Below the pieces are notes generated by a model, which ran no database searches, was not told where the DNA came from, and saw nothing but the letters and a program-made list of their open reading frames with translations. DNA of 64,000 nucleotides from Clostridiales bacterium UBA1770 (lineage in GTDB: Bacteria; Bacillota; Clostridia; Oscillospirales; CAG-272), in contig DCGU01000020.1 of NCBI GenBank assembly GCA_002315325.1, positions 84 to 64,083 of the forward strand, written 5' to 3'. Positions 33,782 through 43,164 of the stretch are shown piece after piece (within the stretch, counting starts at the first letter, position 1; every line of letters begins with the position of its first letter). Position numbers and translations under genes: made by a program.

Positions 33782-34540
33782 ATGGCAAAGAAAAAAGATA
33801 CGGTACTGGGTGTCATCGGCGGACTGGGCCCTGCTTCCACGGTTTGTTTTTACGATATGCTGACGCGCCATACGAGAGCGGCGTGCGATAACGACCACAT
33901 TGACGTCATTCTGTCCAGCCACGCGACCACACCGGACCGAACGGCTTTTATCCTGGGCCAATCCAAGGAGAACCCCCTGGAGGTCATTTTGAAAGATGCC
34001 CGCAAGTTGGTTGACTACGGTGCAACCATGCTGGCAATGCCCTGTAACACAGCTCATTATTTCTATAATGCCGTTCACGCCCGCGTGGCTGTGCCGATTA
34101 TGCACATTCTGGGCGAAACCGTCAGTTATCTGCGCTATTGCGGCGTCAAAAAAGCGGGTTTGTTTGCCACTGTCGGCACAGCGAGCGCCGGCGGATATCA
34201 AAATATTTGCAGTGATATGGGATTATCCTGCGTGGTTCCAGACAATGCCGGACAGGCCTTGCTGATGCATATCATTTATGATCAGGTAAAAGCGGGACAG
34301 ACACCGGATACTGCCGCCTATGAGTCGCTGTGCACTGCTATGCTGGAGGCCGGTTGTGAAACCATCATCGTCGGCTGCACCGAGTTATCGACCATTCCCG
34401 TGACGCATCCCGACAGGTTTGTGGACGCCATGGAAGTATTGGCCTGCCGTACCATTTTTACCTGCGGTAAAGAACCGATCGGGTTCCCGCCCAAAATGCT
34501 GCAGTGGGTAAAGGAGGTGCCGCCTTACGCTTCTTTCTGA
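33782..34540 (+). CDS. aspartate/glutamate racemase-family amino-acid racemase (aspartate racemase-like)
   Basis: MAKKKDTVLGVIGGLGPAST... is followed by the two catalytic Cys motifs MPCNTAHYF and VGCTELS. The start is the ATG at 33782. Confidence 0.85.
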   Translation: MAKKKDTVLGVIGGLGPASTVCFYDMLTRHTRAACDNDHIDVILSSHATTPDRTAFILGQSKENPLEVILKDARKLVDYGATMLAMPCNTAHYFYNAVHARVAVPIMHILGETVSYLRYCGVKKAGLFATVGTASAGGYQNICSDMGLSCVVPDNAGQALLMHIIYDQVKAGQTPDTAAYESLCTAMLEAGCETIIVGCTELSTIPVTHPDRFVDAMEVLACRTIFTCGKEPIGFPPKMLQWVKEVPPYASF

Positions 34541-34580
34541 CGTATTATCCAATCCAGCGCTGCCGCAAACGGCAGAAGTA

Positions 34581-35969
34581 TTGGATCTGTGCACCGATTC
34601 GCGCCTCTGCCGCCCCGGATGTTTGTTCTTTTGTCTGCGCGGCGCCACGGTTGACGGCCACGCATTCGCTGCTGCAGCGTATGCGGCGGGATGCCGGCTC
34701 TTTTGCGCCGAACACTCCCTTGACCTGCCGCCGGATGCTCTGGTTACCATTGTCCCCGACACGACAGAAGCATTGGCTGCGGCTGCTGACATTTTTTACG
34801 GGCATCCGTCCCAAAAACTGCGCGTCATTGCCGTCACGGGCACCAAAGGAAAAACGACAACGGCCGTTATGGCGCAGCACGTATTGTGTGCAAACGGCAT
34901 TCCGTGCGGTTATATCGGCACCTGCGGCATCCGTTACAATGACGTTTTCACGGAAACTGCCAACACAACGCCGGACAGTTTGACGCTGCAGAAAACCATG
35001 CGCGATATGGTTGATGCCGGCATTTCCGTCCTGTGTTTGGAAGTATCCTCCCAAGCGGTTAAAATGAAACGGGTCGCACGTTGCGTTTTTTCCGCTGCAG
35101 TTATGACCAACTTCTCGCCTGACCATATCGGCCCCGGCGAGCATGCCTCCCTTGCGGAATACCTGGCCTGCAAAACGGCCGTATTAACAGACTACGGCGC
35201 CCAATTACTGATTATCAACGCAGACGACGCAACGACTGTTCACGCTGCAGAAAGGGCGCTAACTCCCAAAGTCACCTACGGTACGTCAGGCACCGCCGAC
35301 TATTCCGCCGCCGTCGTCAATCGGCAACCTACCGACAACGGCCCCGGCATCACTTTTACGTGCCGTCACGGTGGGCAAACACTGCCCTGCCGGCTGCCGC
35401 TGCCCGGAGACGTCAACGTCAGCAACGCGCTGGCAGCATTGGCCATTGCCGACTTTTGCGGCGTTCCGACGGACAAAGCCGCACAAGCCTTGGAAACCGT
35501 TGTGATTCCCGGGCGATTTGAAACGTATGCGGCAAACGGCATCACGGTCGTTATCGATTACGCACACAACGGTGCCAGTCTTTCTGCTGCGCTGGCCGCG
35601 CTGCGTCCCTACTGCCGCGGTAGACTGATTGCCGTTTTCGGCTCGGTCGGCGAGCGGACGCAAATCCGCCGCACCGAACTCGGCATTGCCGCCCAAGGGG
35701 CCGATTTCTGCGTCTTAACGGCGGACAATCCCGGCAAAGAAGACCCTCTGGCCATCACTGCAGAGATTGCAAAGGCCATTGGCGAGAGCGTTCCCGTGCT
35801 GCAAATTGCCGACCGTGCGGAAGCAATCAAAACAGCCATTGCACAGGCCTGCCCCGGCGACGTTATTCTGCTGGCCGGCAAAGGCCATGAAACGTATCAA
35901 TTCATCGGACGAACCAAAGAACCCTTCTGTGAAAAGGAAATCGTAAAAAACGCATTGCGAATGCGTTGA
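34581..35969 (+). CDS. murE: UDP-N-acetylmuramoyl-L-alanyl-D-glutamate--diamino-acid ligase (MurE); start uncertain
   Basis: It carries CTDSRLCRPGCLFFCLRGATVDGHAF, the P-loop VTGTKGKTT and DYAHNG, and has TADNPGKEDP in place of DNPR. The track start is the TTG at 34581. In-frame MurE-like sequence continues upstream to 34512 with no canonical start codon. Confidence 0.85.
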   Translation: MDLCTDSRLCRPGCLFFCLRGATVDGHAFAAAAYAAGCRLFCAEHSLDLPPDALVTIVPDTTEALAAAADIFYGHPSQKLRVIAVTGTKGKTTTAVMAQHVLCANGIPCGYIGTCGIRYNDVFTETANTTPDSLTLQKTMRDMVDAGISVLCLEVSSQAVKMKRVARCVFSAAVMTNFSPDHIGPGEHASLAEYLACKTAVLTDYGAQLLIINADDATTVHAAERALTPKVTYGTSGTADYSAAVVNRQPTDNGPGITFTCRHGGQTLPCRLPLPGDVNVSNALAALAIADFCGVPTDKAAQALETVVIPGRFETYAANGITVVIDYAHNGASLSAALAALRPYCRGRLIAVFGSVGERTQIRRTELGIAAQGADFCVLTADNPGKEDPLAITAEIAKAIGESVPVLQIADRAEAIKTAIAQACPGDVILLAGKGHETYQFIGRTKEPFCEKEIVKNALRMR

Positions 35970-35978
35970 AGCGTTAAC

Positions 35979-36011
35979 AAAAACGCGGCACCGAACAGTG
36001 CCGCGTTTTTT
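35979..36011. terminator. Bidirectional terminator between murE and ftsZ
   Basis: AAAAA-CGCGGCAC-cgaaca-GTGCCGCG-TTTTTT. Confidence 0.7.
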
Positions 36012-36022
36012 ATGAAATACGA

Positions 36023-37249
36023 TTATTTCTTAAATGCGTTGAGGAAAATGTCCCAATCGTTTTCCGGACCCTTGGGTTCCGGTTTGGGTTCGGGTTTCGG
36101 TTCCGGCTTGGGCTCCGGCTTCGGTTCCGGTTTGATGACGATGGGTTCCTCCTGTACGGGGGGCTGCACAACAGGTTCTGCAACGACAACCTTGGCCGGC
36201 TCGTTATGGATAGGCGCCGCCGGCTTTGCAGAATTCTGTGATACACCGCCGTAGGTAGCGGGCACGTCCTCCATATCACCGGGAACACGGTCAAAACCGG
36301 TTGCAATGATGGTAATCTTCATGGCGTCTTCCATCTCTTCGTTGAAAGCAACACCCCAAATGGCGCCGCCGTCATCCAAATTAGCTTCTCTGGAAATCAA
36401 CGTGCAGGCCTCGTCAACGGCTTCCATTGTAATGTCGGGAGATACCGTCATAGCGATAACGACACCGGTAGCCCCCTTCATGGAAGATTCCAGCAGCGGG
36501 CTGGCAATTGCAGCGGCTGCGGCTTCTTTTGCCTTATCCTTACCGGAAGCAACGCCCATACCCATATGCGCATAACCGGCATTCTTCATGACGGAAGTCA
36601 CGTCGGCAAAGTCAAGGTTGACATATGCGTTAACGTTAATCAGTTCGGAAATGTTTTGGACACCCTGGCGGAGCACGTCGTCTGCCAATGCGAAAGCATT
36701 CATCAACGTGATGCAGGTATTGGTGGTTTCCTTCAGGCGCTCGTTGGGGATGACAATCAGGGAGTCAACGTAATCGCGCATTTTAGAGATACCTGCCACA
36801 GCCTGTTTCATACGGCGCTTTCCTTCGAATTCAAACGGTTTCGTCACAATGCCGACCGTCAGAATATCCATTTCCTTGGCCATTTTCGCCACGATCGGTG
36901 CAGCACCGGTACCGGTACCGCCGCCCATACCTGCCGTGATAAAGACCATATCGGTACCTTCCAGTACCTTTTTAATTTCCTCCATGGATTCCTGTGCAGC
37001 GCGCTCACCGATCTCAGGGTTCGCACCGGCACCGAAGCCCTTGGTAATTTTTTCACCGATGACAATCTGCGTTGCGCACTCGGAAGCACGCAATGCCTGA
37101 CGGTCCGTATTAATAGCGACGAATTCAACGCCGCGCACGTTCGATTTAATCATGCGGTTGACAGCATTGTTACCGCCGCCGCCGACACCGATAACTTTAA
37201 TTTTTACGTTGGTTGGTTCGTCCTGAGGACGCTCAAAAATAATGCTCAT
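36023..37249 (-). CDS. ftsZ: cell division protein FtsZ
   Basis: [17 protein letters not shown] and the tubulin signature [13 protein letters not shown] are present. The C-terminal linker carries (KPEP)5 and the tail reads [11 protein letters not shown]. Confidence 0.97.
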   Translation of the reverse strand: MSIIFERPQDEPTNVKIKVIGVGGGGNNAVNRMIKSNVRGVEFVAINTDRQALRASECATQIVIGEKITKGFGAGANPEIGERAAQESMEEIKKVLEGTDMVFITAGMGGGTGTGAAPIVAKMAKEMDILTVGIVTKPFEFEGKRRMKQAVAGISKMRDYVDSLIVIPNERLKETTNTCITLMNAFALADDVLRQGVQNISELINVNAYVNLDFADVTSVMKNAGYAHMGMGVASGKDKAKEAAAAAIASPLLESSMKGATGVVIAMTVSPDITMEAVDEACTLISREANLDDGGAIWGVAFNEEMEDAMKITIIATGFDRVPGDMEDVPATYGGVSQNSAKPAAPIHNEPAKVVVAEPVVQPPVQEEPIVIKPEPKPEPKPEPKPEPKPEPKGPENDWDIFLNAFKK

Positions 37250-37306
37250 TCTGTTTTTCCTCCGGTATAATAAATCGGGAAAGCCGTATAGTTACAGTTT
37301 AATTTT

Positions 37307-37335
37307 ATTATAATATCTTTTAAGTTTTATTGCAA
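37307..37335 (-). promoter_or_regulatory. ftsZ-proximal promoter (TTGCAA-17 nt-TATAAT)
   Basis: On the minus strand, -35 is at 37335-37330 and -10 at 37312-37307, within the AT-rich 151-nt ftsQ-ftsZ gap. Confidence 0.5.
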
Positions 37336-37400
37336 TAGTTTCATAACCCGATTTTTATACTTTTATGAAAAAACACGAACTTTTTTACGTGAGAGCGGCG

Positions 37401-38231
37401 TTACGAACCGGAAAACGCCGTCCATACAAGGTCCCCGGAAGCCAACGGACGCGCGATTGCTTTTGCCGGGTCGGATACGTCAACCGTCACAAAGGCACCG
37501 CCCCCGAACATGGCGTCCTGCAGCATCGTTTGACATAGTGCCGTTTTTTCACTTGTTTTTTCCGACGTGCCCCAACACAAAACGATGCGGTCCTGTATCA
37601 GGATTTTCAAGTCGTATCTCTTCTCCAAGGAGATGCCGGTGACGTCGTCACGCATGGCGCCGTGCAAAACGTCGGTTATGAACGCAGAATAATAAGCGGT
37701 GTCGTCGCCGAATTGCAGCGGAAGTCCCGGTGCGGTAAACGCATCGTCGGGAACAGCCAAGCGGACAAGACCTACCGTTTCGTTTTCTCCGGCGATACGC
37801 AACAGGGTAAACGTGCTGTCAGCCAAATAAACGTCAGACCCGGATACAATATAGAAATACGGCTGTTTTTCTTCAATTTCAAGTGTGATAACGCCCGTTT
37901 TTGCCGTTTTTGACGTTTTGACTGTTTGAATATCGGGAAACGAAGCAAGAATGGCATCGGATATTTCGCGTTTTGTTTTGGCGTACATGGGTCCGCCGAT
38001 TGCAAGACCAGTCGCTTCTGTCAGGCGTTCAGCCGAATAGATTGTCACACTGTCGGGAGATAAAATGATTTTTTGGATTGTCGGTCTCGACATAGCAACC
38101 GTGATGCCCGTCACTATGGTTCCGCAGAGCACAATCAAAAGCAGGCCGCACAAAAGAACCCTGCCCGCCAACAAACGACGCGGCAGCACGTTGTGCAGCA
38201 TCCGTTTGACCGTACCGACATACTTTTCCAT
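37401..38231 (-). CDS. ftsQ: FtsQ/DivIB-type cell division protein
   Basis: 276 aa with a single N-terminal TM (LLCGLLLIVLCGTIVTGITV) followed by a POTRA-like region. It sits between murG and ftsZ in the dcw cluster. The call rests mainly on position and topology. Confidence 0.6.
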   Translation of the reverse strand: MEKYVGTVKRMLHNVLPRRLLAGRVLLCGLLLIVLCGTIVTGITVAMSRPTIQKIILSPDSVTIYSAERLTEATGLAIGGPMYAKTKREISDAILASFPDIQTVKTSKTAKTGVITLEIEEKQPYFYIVSGSDVYLADSTFTLLRIAGENETVGLVRLAVPDDAFTAPGLPLQFGDDTAYYSAFITDVLHGAMRDDVTGISLEKRYDLKILIQDRIVLCWGTSEKTSEKTALCQTMLQDAMFGGGAFVTVDVSDPAKAIARPLASGDLVWTAFSGS

Positions 38232-38276
38232 TTTTCTCCCCCTCTCCGTTTTATGAATCGATTATGGACGCCGCCG

Positions 38277-39404
38277 TCAATCCGGTATCAGCGTCTGCAT
38301 ATCCGCCCAAATGACGTCAGCCGCATTCGGCACGGCAAACGCGGCAATCGCCTGTTCCAGCTTTTCCCGTGTCTCTGGTTCATTCATCAACTTGACCAAA
38401 ACGGACGCCAGTTTATTTTCATTCAGCGTTTGCTCCTCAAGCAGATAGGCGGCACCGGCATCGGCCAGCGTCTTTGCATTCTTGTATTGATGATTTTTCA
38501 CCACGTTGGGCGATGGGATCAAAACGGCAGCCTTATGCAGGCAGGCCAGCTCCGCCAGCGTCACGGCACCGGAGCGGCTGATGACAACGTCTGCTGCGGC
38601 CATATGCAGCACCATTTGATAGATATACTTACTCCAACGAATCGTACTTTTGCCGGACAGTCCCCTTTCCTCCAATTCCGTCATGGCAGCTTCGTAGTAT
38701 TTATTACCGGTGGCGTGCAGCCAAATCACGTTCGGATACAGGGGGGCCAATTTTTCGGTTGTATCCATCATTTCACGGTTGACGGTAGCCGAGCCGAGAC
38801 TGCCGCCGAACGAAAGAACGACGAAGGCGTCGGGGGCAATGTCGAGCATCCGACGCGCCTCATTGCGGTCAGTGGTTGAAAAGCCGTCCAACAAAGGATT
38901 ACCGACACGCAGTACTTTTTTTCTGTTCTTTGCTTCCAGATAATCTGCGCTCTCGGCAAAGTTGACGTAAATGCGGTTCATACCGGATTGGAGAAGATTG
39001 ACCGTCATACCGGGCAACACGTTGGATTCATGCACGGCGCACGGAATGCCCAGTTTTGACGCCGCCTTCAGCATCGGCCAACAGGCGTAACCGCCGGTAC
39101 CGATGACAAAATCGGCGTGCCAGTCCCGCAGCATTTTTTTAGCTGCCGTGGGTGAACTGATTGCCAAATAGAGTGCACGCACGTTGGCAAGCGATAAAGA
39201 GCGGCTGATTCCTTCCACCTCGATATGGCCGATGGGATAGCCTGCTTTTTGCACCAAATCGTTAAAACGTTCCTCGTCGGCACCGACAAACAGAATCTCC
39301 GCGTCCGGCGTTGCTCTTTTGATTGCATTGGCAATGGCAATTGCCGGGTTGATATGACCGGCAGTACCGCCGCACGTCACGATAATTCTAGGATTCTTTT
39401 TCAT
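38277..39404 (-). CDS. murG: UDP-N-acetylglucosamine--N-acetylmuramyl-(pentapeptide)-PP-undecaprenol GlcNAc transferase
   Basis: It carries IIVTCGGTAGHINPAIAIA and GGSLGSATVN. The ATG at 39404 has a GGAG SD. An alternative ATG at 39425 overlaps the ftsW stop. Confidence 0.9.
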   Translation of the reverse strand: MKKNPRIIVTCGGTAGHINPAIAIANAIKRATPDAEILFVGADEERFNDLVQKAGYPIGHIEVEGISRSLSLANVRALYLAISSPTAAKKMLRDWHADFVIGTGGYACWPMLKAASKLGIPCAVHESNVLPGMTVNLLQSGMNRIYVNFAESADYLEAKNRKKVLRVGNPLLDGFSTTDRNEARRMLDIAPDAFVVLSFGGSLGSATVNREMMDTTEKLAPLYPNVIWLHATGNKYYEAAMTELEERGLSGKSTIRWSKYIYQMVLHMAAADVVISRSGAVTLAELACLHKAAVLIPSPNVVKNHQYKNAKTLADAGAAYLLEEQTLNENKLASVLVKLMNEPETREKLEQAIAAFAVPNAADVIWADMQTLIPD

Positions 39405-39421
39405 ATATTCATCTCCACGTT

Positions 39422-40735
39422 TCATTCTTCGGTAATGGAATCAATATCATTTTTCTGCGCATCTGGCGGCACCGCGGCAACGGGGACGCGTTTAAATCGA
39501 GAAATGGACAGGATAATCCCCATTTCAAATATTTGCAGCATTAAAGCCGTACCGCCCGAGCTGAAAAACGGCAGTGAAATGCCGGTATTCGGCATGGAAT
39601 TGGTGACAACGGCGATATTCAGCACTGCTTGTAATACCGTCTTTACCGTCAACGCGTAAACCGTCAACGAGGAAAAACGGTCGGGGGCCTGCGCCGCGAT
39701 TTTAAAGCCGCGCCACAGTAAGAGTCCGAATAACCCGATCAGCAGGAGCGCCCCGATGGCCCCGAGTTCTTCACAAATAATCGTAAAAATAAAATCGTTC
39801 TGCGGTTCGGAAACGTACCCGTACTTTTGATAACTGTTTCCCAGTCCCTTTCCCAAAAGGCCCCCGGAACCGATGGCGTACAATCCCTGCAGCGTTTGCC
39901 AAGCTTCGTCCAACGGGTCGGCCTGTTCAATATGAAGCCAAATGTCCACACGGTCGCCGGCATAATCGGAAACGAGAATCAGAAAGACCGCGGCCGCGGC
40001 AACACCGCATGCCAAAAGGACAATCCACCGTGTTTTGGTGCCGCCCAAAAACATGACGGAGGCACCGATGGCAGCCACAATCAACAGGCAGGAAATGTGA
40101 TGTTCCAGTGCAATCAATCCCATGGGAATGACCATGATACAACCGGGCAAAAACACACCGAACACAAAACTGTCCGTTTTCTTTTGCCCGTTTTCTATGC
40201 GTTCTTGATACTTACTCATAAACAGTGCCAGCGTCATTGCCAGCCCCAATTTGGCAATTTCAGACGGCTGAAAGGAAATACCGCCCACGTAAATCCAACG
40301 CTTGGCCTCCCCCTGTGCCGTACCGATGACCAACACCAGTGCAAGCAGCGCAAGGGATGCAAAGTAGGTGCCGGCACCGAACAGTTTCCAAAACCACGGC
40401 CTGGAAAACACGATGAACGGCAATACCGCAATGACGGCTAAAGACATATAAAGTACGTATTTTTTTAAGAAATAGGCGCTGTCTGCGAATTTTTTTGCCG
40501 CATAGGCTGAACTGGCGGAAAAAGACATCACACTGCCGAACAACAGCAGCACCGCCACAATCAAGAGAAAGATAACGTCAATATTGCCCCGCACGAGTTC
40601 GGTCCTGCCATCCGGTACAACGCGTCCCCAAGATGCCAAAATACGGGCAGACGAATGGCGTCTGCCCGTAGGTTTGTCGGACCCTGCCGGCAATGTATCT
40701 TTTATGGAAGAATAATCCCGACTGTCCACACGCAA
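39422..40735 (-). CDS. ftsW: SEDS-family peptidoglycan glycosyltransferase FtsW/SpoVE
   Basis: 437-aa polytopic ORF. SEDS blocks include FQPSEIAKL, GGTKTRW, GLGNSYQKYGYVSEPQNDFIF and MPNTGISLPFFSSGGT. Confidence 0.85.
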   Translation of the reverse strand: MRVDSRDYSSIKDTLPAGSDKPTGRRHSSARILASWGRVVPDGRTELVRGNIDVIFLLIVAVLLLFGSVMSFSASSAYAAKKFADSAYFLKKYVLYMSLAVIAVLPFIVFSRPWFWKLFGAGTYFASLALLALVLVIGTAQGEAKRWIYVGGISFQPSEIAKLGLAMTLALFMSKYQERIENGQKKTDSFVFGVFLPGCIMVIPMGLIALEHHISCLLIVAAIGASVMFLGGTKTRWIVLLACGVAAAAVFLILVSDYAGDRVDIWLHIEQADPLDEAWQTLQGLYAIGSGGLLGKGLGNSYQKYGYVSEPQNDFIFTIICEELGAIGALLLIGLFGLLLWRGFKIAAQAPDRFSSLTVYALTVKTVLQAVLNIAVVTNSMPNTGISLPFFSSGGTALMLQIFEMGIILSISRFKRVPVAAVPPDAQKNDIDSITEE

Positions 40736-40742
40736 TATCCTC

Positions 40743-41750
40743 TTATCTGATCCACGTGCCGTTCATCATAAAGAAGGCGGCAACGCAGCATACCATGGCA
40801 GCGGCAGAATAAACGGCAACGATTTTTTCTTCACTCCAGGCATAGAATCTTTCAAACAAATGATGCAGGGGGGCGATTTTGTACAGACGTTTGCCGTGCG
40901 TCACCTTAAAGTAGAGACGCTGCGTCAAACTCGTCAACATCTCAATGACAAAGACGAAACCTGCCAGAACAAGAACTGCCGGCTGGTTGACCATAAAACC
41001 GACGCCGATGATAAAACCGCCGAGGAACAACGAACCCGTATCCCCCATAAAGGCCTGTGCCGGATGCTTATTCACCACCAAAAAGCCAAGAGAACCGCCC
41101 AAAAGAACAGCACCGCAAAAGCCGATTTGACGGCCGCCGTAAGTGACGGCAAGCGCCAGGAACAAAAGCGCAACGATGGCTGAAAGAGATGCGGCAAGCC
41201 CGTCGATGCCGTCGGTAATATTGACGCTGTGCGCCATACCGGCAATGACAACGATTGCCACCGGATAATAAAACCAACCGAAATTCAATTGCAAATTCAA
41301 AACGGGGAGAACCAGGGACGTTTCGAGGTATCCGCCGAGCGCCATCATAAGAACGTATCCGGCGGCAACAATCAGGGTCAAAATCAATTTCGGAAGGTCT
41401 TTCAAGCCCTCGTTTTGTCCCTTGATTAACTTAAGATAGTCGTCTAAAAAACCGACAGCCGCATTGGCAAGCGCCAAATACAACGTTGCGGCAAGCGGCA
41501 GCCAATCGATGCCTTCCCCGCCGAGAATCACTTCGCGCACAAAGAAAACAGACGTCGCCACGGAGATTGCCACGATGAAGCAAATACCGCACATTGTCGG
41601 TGTGCCCTTTTTTTCCTTTTGCTTTTCGGTCATATACTCGTTAATATATTGGCCCATTTTATGGGAACGCAGTGAAGGAATGACAAAATAGGCGGCTATT
41701 ACGGTCAAAAGACACGTAAGGCTTGCGCCGATTAACCATTCAAAATACAT
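40743..41750 (-). CDS. mraY: phospho-N-acetylmuramoyl-pentapeptide transferase
   Basis: It carries GFLDDYLKLIKG, NITDGIDGLA, MGDTGSLFLGG and APLHHLFE. Confidence 0.95.
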   Translation of the reverse strand: MYFEWLIGASLTCLLTVIAAYFVIPSLRSHKMGQYINEYMTEKQKEKKGTPTMCGICFIVAISVATSVFFVREVILGGEGIDWLPLAATLYLALANAAVGFLDDYLKLIKGQNEGLKDLPKLILTLIVAAGYVLMMALGGYLETSLVLPVLNLQLNFGWFYYPVAIVVIAGMAHSVNITDGIDGLAASLSAIVALLFLALAVTYGGRQIGFCGAVLLGGSLGFLVVNKHPAQAFMGDTGSLFLGGFIIGVGFMVNQPAVLVLAGFVFVIEMLTSLTQRLYFKVTHGKRLYKIAPLHHLFERFYAWSEEKIVAVYSAAAMVCCVAAFFMMNGTWIR

Positions 41751-41766
41751 TCCCTCATCCCCTTTT

Positions 41767-43140
41767 CTATTGCGGGAGCAAGCGCTCCATTTCCATGCCG
41801 CGGCTTCCCTTCACCAAAACGGTGTCACTGCGGCCGATTGTATCATATAAAGTCTTTTTCAAATCGTCCATTGCCTCGGTTTGATACACGAGAACGGACT
41901 GTGCCGGCATACCGGCATCCACGGCCGCCTGCGCTGTCCAAACGGACATCGGGCCGTACGTCAAAAGCAAATCACAGGTTTGCGCTGCTTTTTTCCCGAC
42001 GTTTTCATGAATGCGCCGTGATTCGTCCCCCAATTCCAACATATCGCCCAGTACGGCAATATGACGGCCGGGAAACGTATGCAGCACGTCAAGAGCGGCA
42101 GCGACCGATTCGTACGATGCATTATAGCAATCTTCCAACCAGACGACTCCGTCCTTTTGCACGACACCGCCGCGCATCTTTTCGGACGGAACGGCGGCGC
42201 AGCCGTTTTCCAGTGCCGTTTCTTCCATACCGAAAACAGAACCAACCGCAGCGGCATACCCAACGGCCCACAAGGCAGGCTCGCCGAGCAGCGGCACCCG
42301 AACGTTCCGACAGCACTTCCCGAAAATCGTGACCGACACCGTTGACGTATCCAACGTCAGCGGCGCACCGGTAACGTAAACGTCTGCGGTCGGATCTTTT
42401 ACAGAGACGCGAATCACGCGTCCCGGAAAATTGCCGGCGTTTTGCAGCAGCGGCTCGTCACCGTTGATAATCAAAACGTCGTCGGCAGTCATGCCGTGAA
42501 TGATTTCCAATTTAGCGTCGGCAATACCGCGGCGGGAGCCGAGATTGCCGATATGTGCCGTACCGACGTTTGTGATAACGGCAACGTGCGGCTTGGCAGC
42601 CCGTGTCATTCGGTCAATTTCACCGGCATGATTCATACCCATCTCCACCACGTGGAAGGGGGCATCCGCCGTCATGGCCAAAAGCGACATAGGCAGGCCT
42701 AACAAACTGTTATGGTTAGCAACCGTTTTTTCAGTTCTGCCCATGCAGGAAAGAACGGCTGCAATATAATTCTTGACTGTGGTTTTACCGACAGATCCCG
42801 TCACGGCAACCACGGCCCCGGTAAAAGAATCCCGCATACGGGCTCCCATCATCAATAATGCAGTCGGCACAGAAGGCACCGTTATAAATGACAGGGATTC
42901 TTCTACCGGCCGTGAAACCAGCGCCGAACGACAGCCTTGCTCAAGGGCCGCATGCAAAAAATCATGACCGTCGACGCGTTCGCCGGGGAGTGCGAGAAAC
43001 AGCGTTGCGCTGTCAGCCTCGCGTGAATCGGTACAAATAAAGTGAATCTGTCTGTCCGAACCGTGCAGGGTTCCGCACGTATCGGCAGCAATTTGGGATA
43101 ACGCAACGGGGGCAGCAAGTTGGATTTTCACAATTGCCAA
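41767..43140 (-). CDS. murF: UDP-N-acetylmuramoyl-tripeptide--D-alanyl-D-alanine ligase
   Basis: It carries ICTDSREADSATLFLALPGERVDGHDF, the P-loop VTGSVGKTT, and NHNSLLGLPMSLL (MurF-specific NxNNxxG.P-type block). Confidence 0.9.
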   Translation of the reverse strand: MAIVKIQLAAPVALSQIAADTCGTLHGSDRQIHFICTDSREADSATLFLALPGERVDGHDFLHAALEQGCRSALVSRPVEESLSFITVPSVPTALLMMGARMRDSFTGAVVAVTGSVGKTTVKNYIAAVLSCMGRTEKTVANHNSLLGLPMSLLAMTADAPFHVVEMGMNHAGEIDRMTRAAKPHVAVITNVGTAHIGNLGSRRGIADAKLEIIHGMTADDVLIINGDEPLLQNAGNFPGRVIRVSVKDPTADVYVTGAPLTLDTSTVSVTIFGKCCRNVRVPLLGEPALWAVGYAAAVGSVFGMEETALENGCAAVPSEKMRGGVVQKDGVVWLEDCYNASYESVAAALDVLHTFPGRHIAVLGDMLELGDESRRIHENVGKKAAQTCDLLLTYGPMSVWTAQAAVDAGMPAQSVLVYQTEAMDDLKKTLYDTIGRSDTVLVKGSRGMEMERLLPQ

Positions 43141-43164
43141 ACCTCCGTTTCGATTGGTGGATAA

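Noticed and set aside
36012-36254. 80-aa [11 protein letters not shown]-repeat ORF on the plus strand
   Set aside because: It is antisense to the (KPEP)5 linker of ftsZ.
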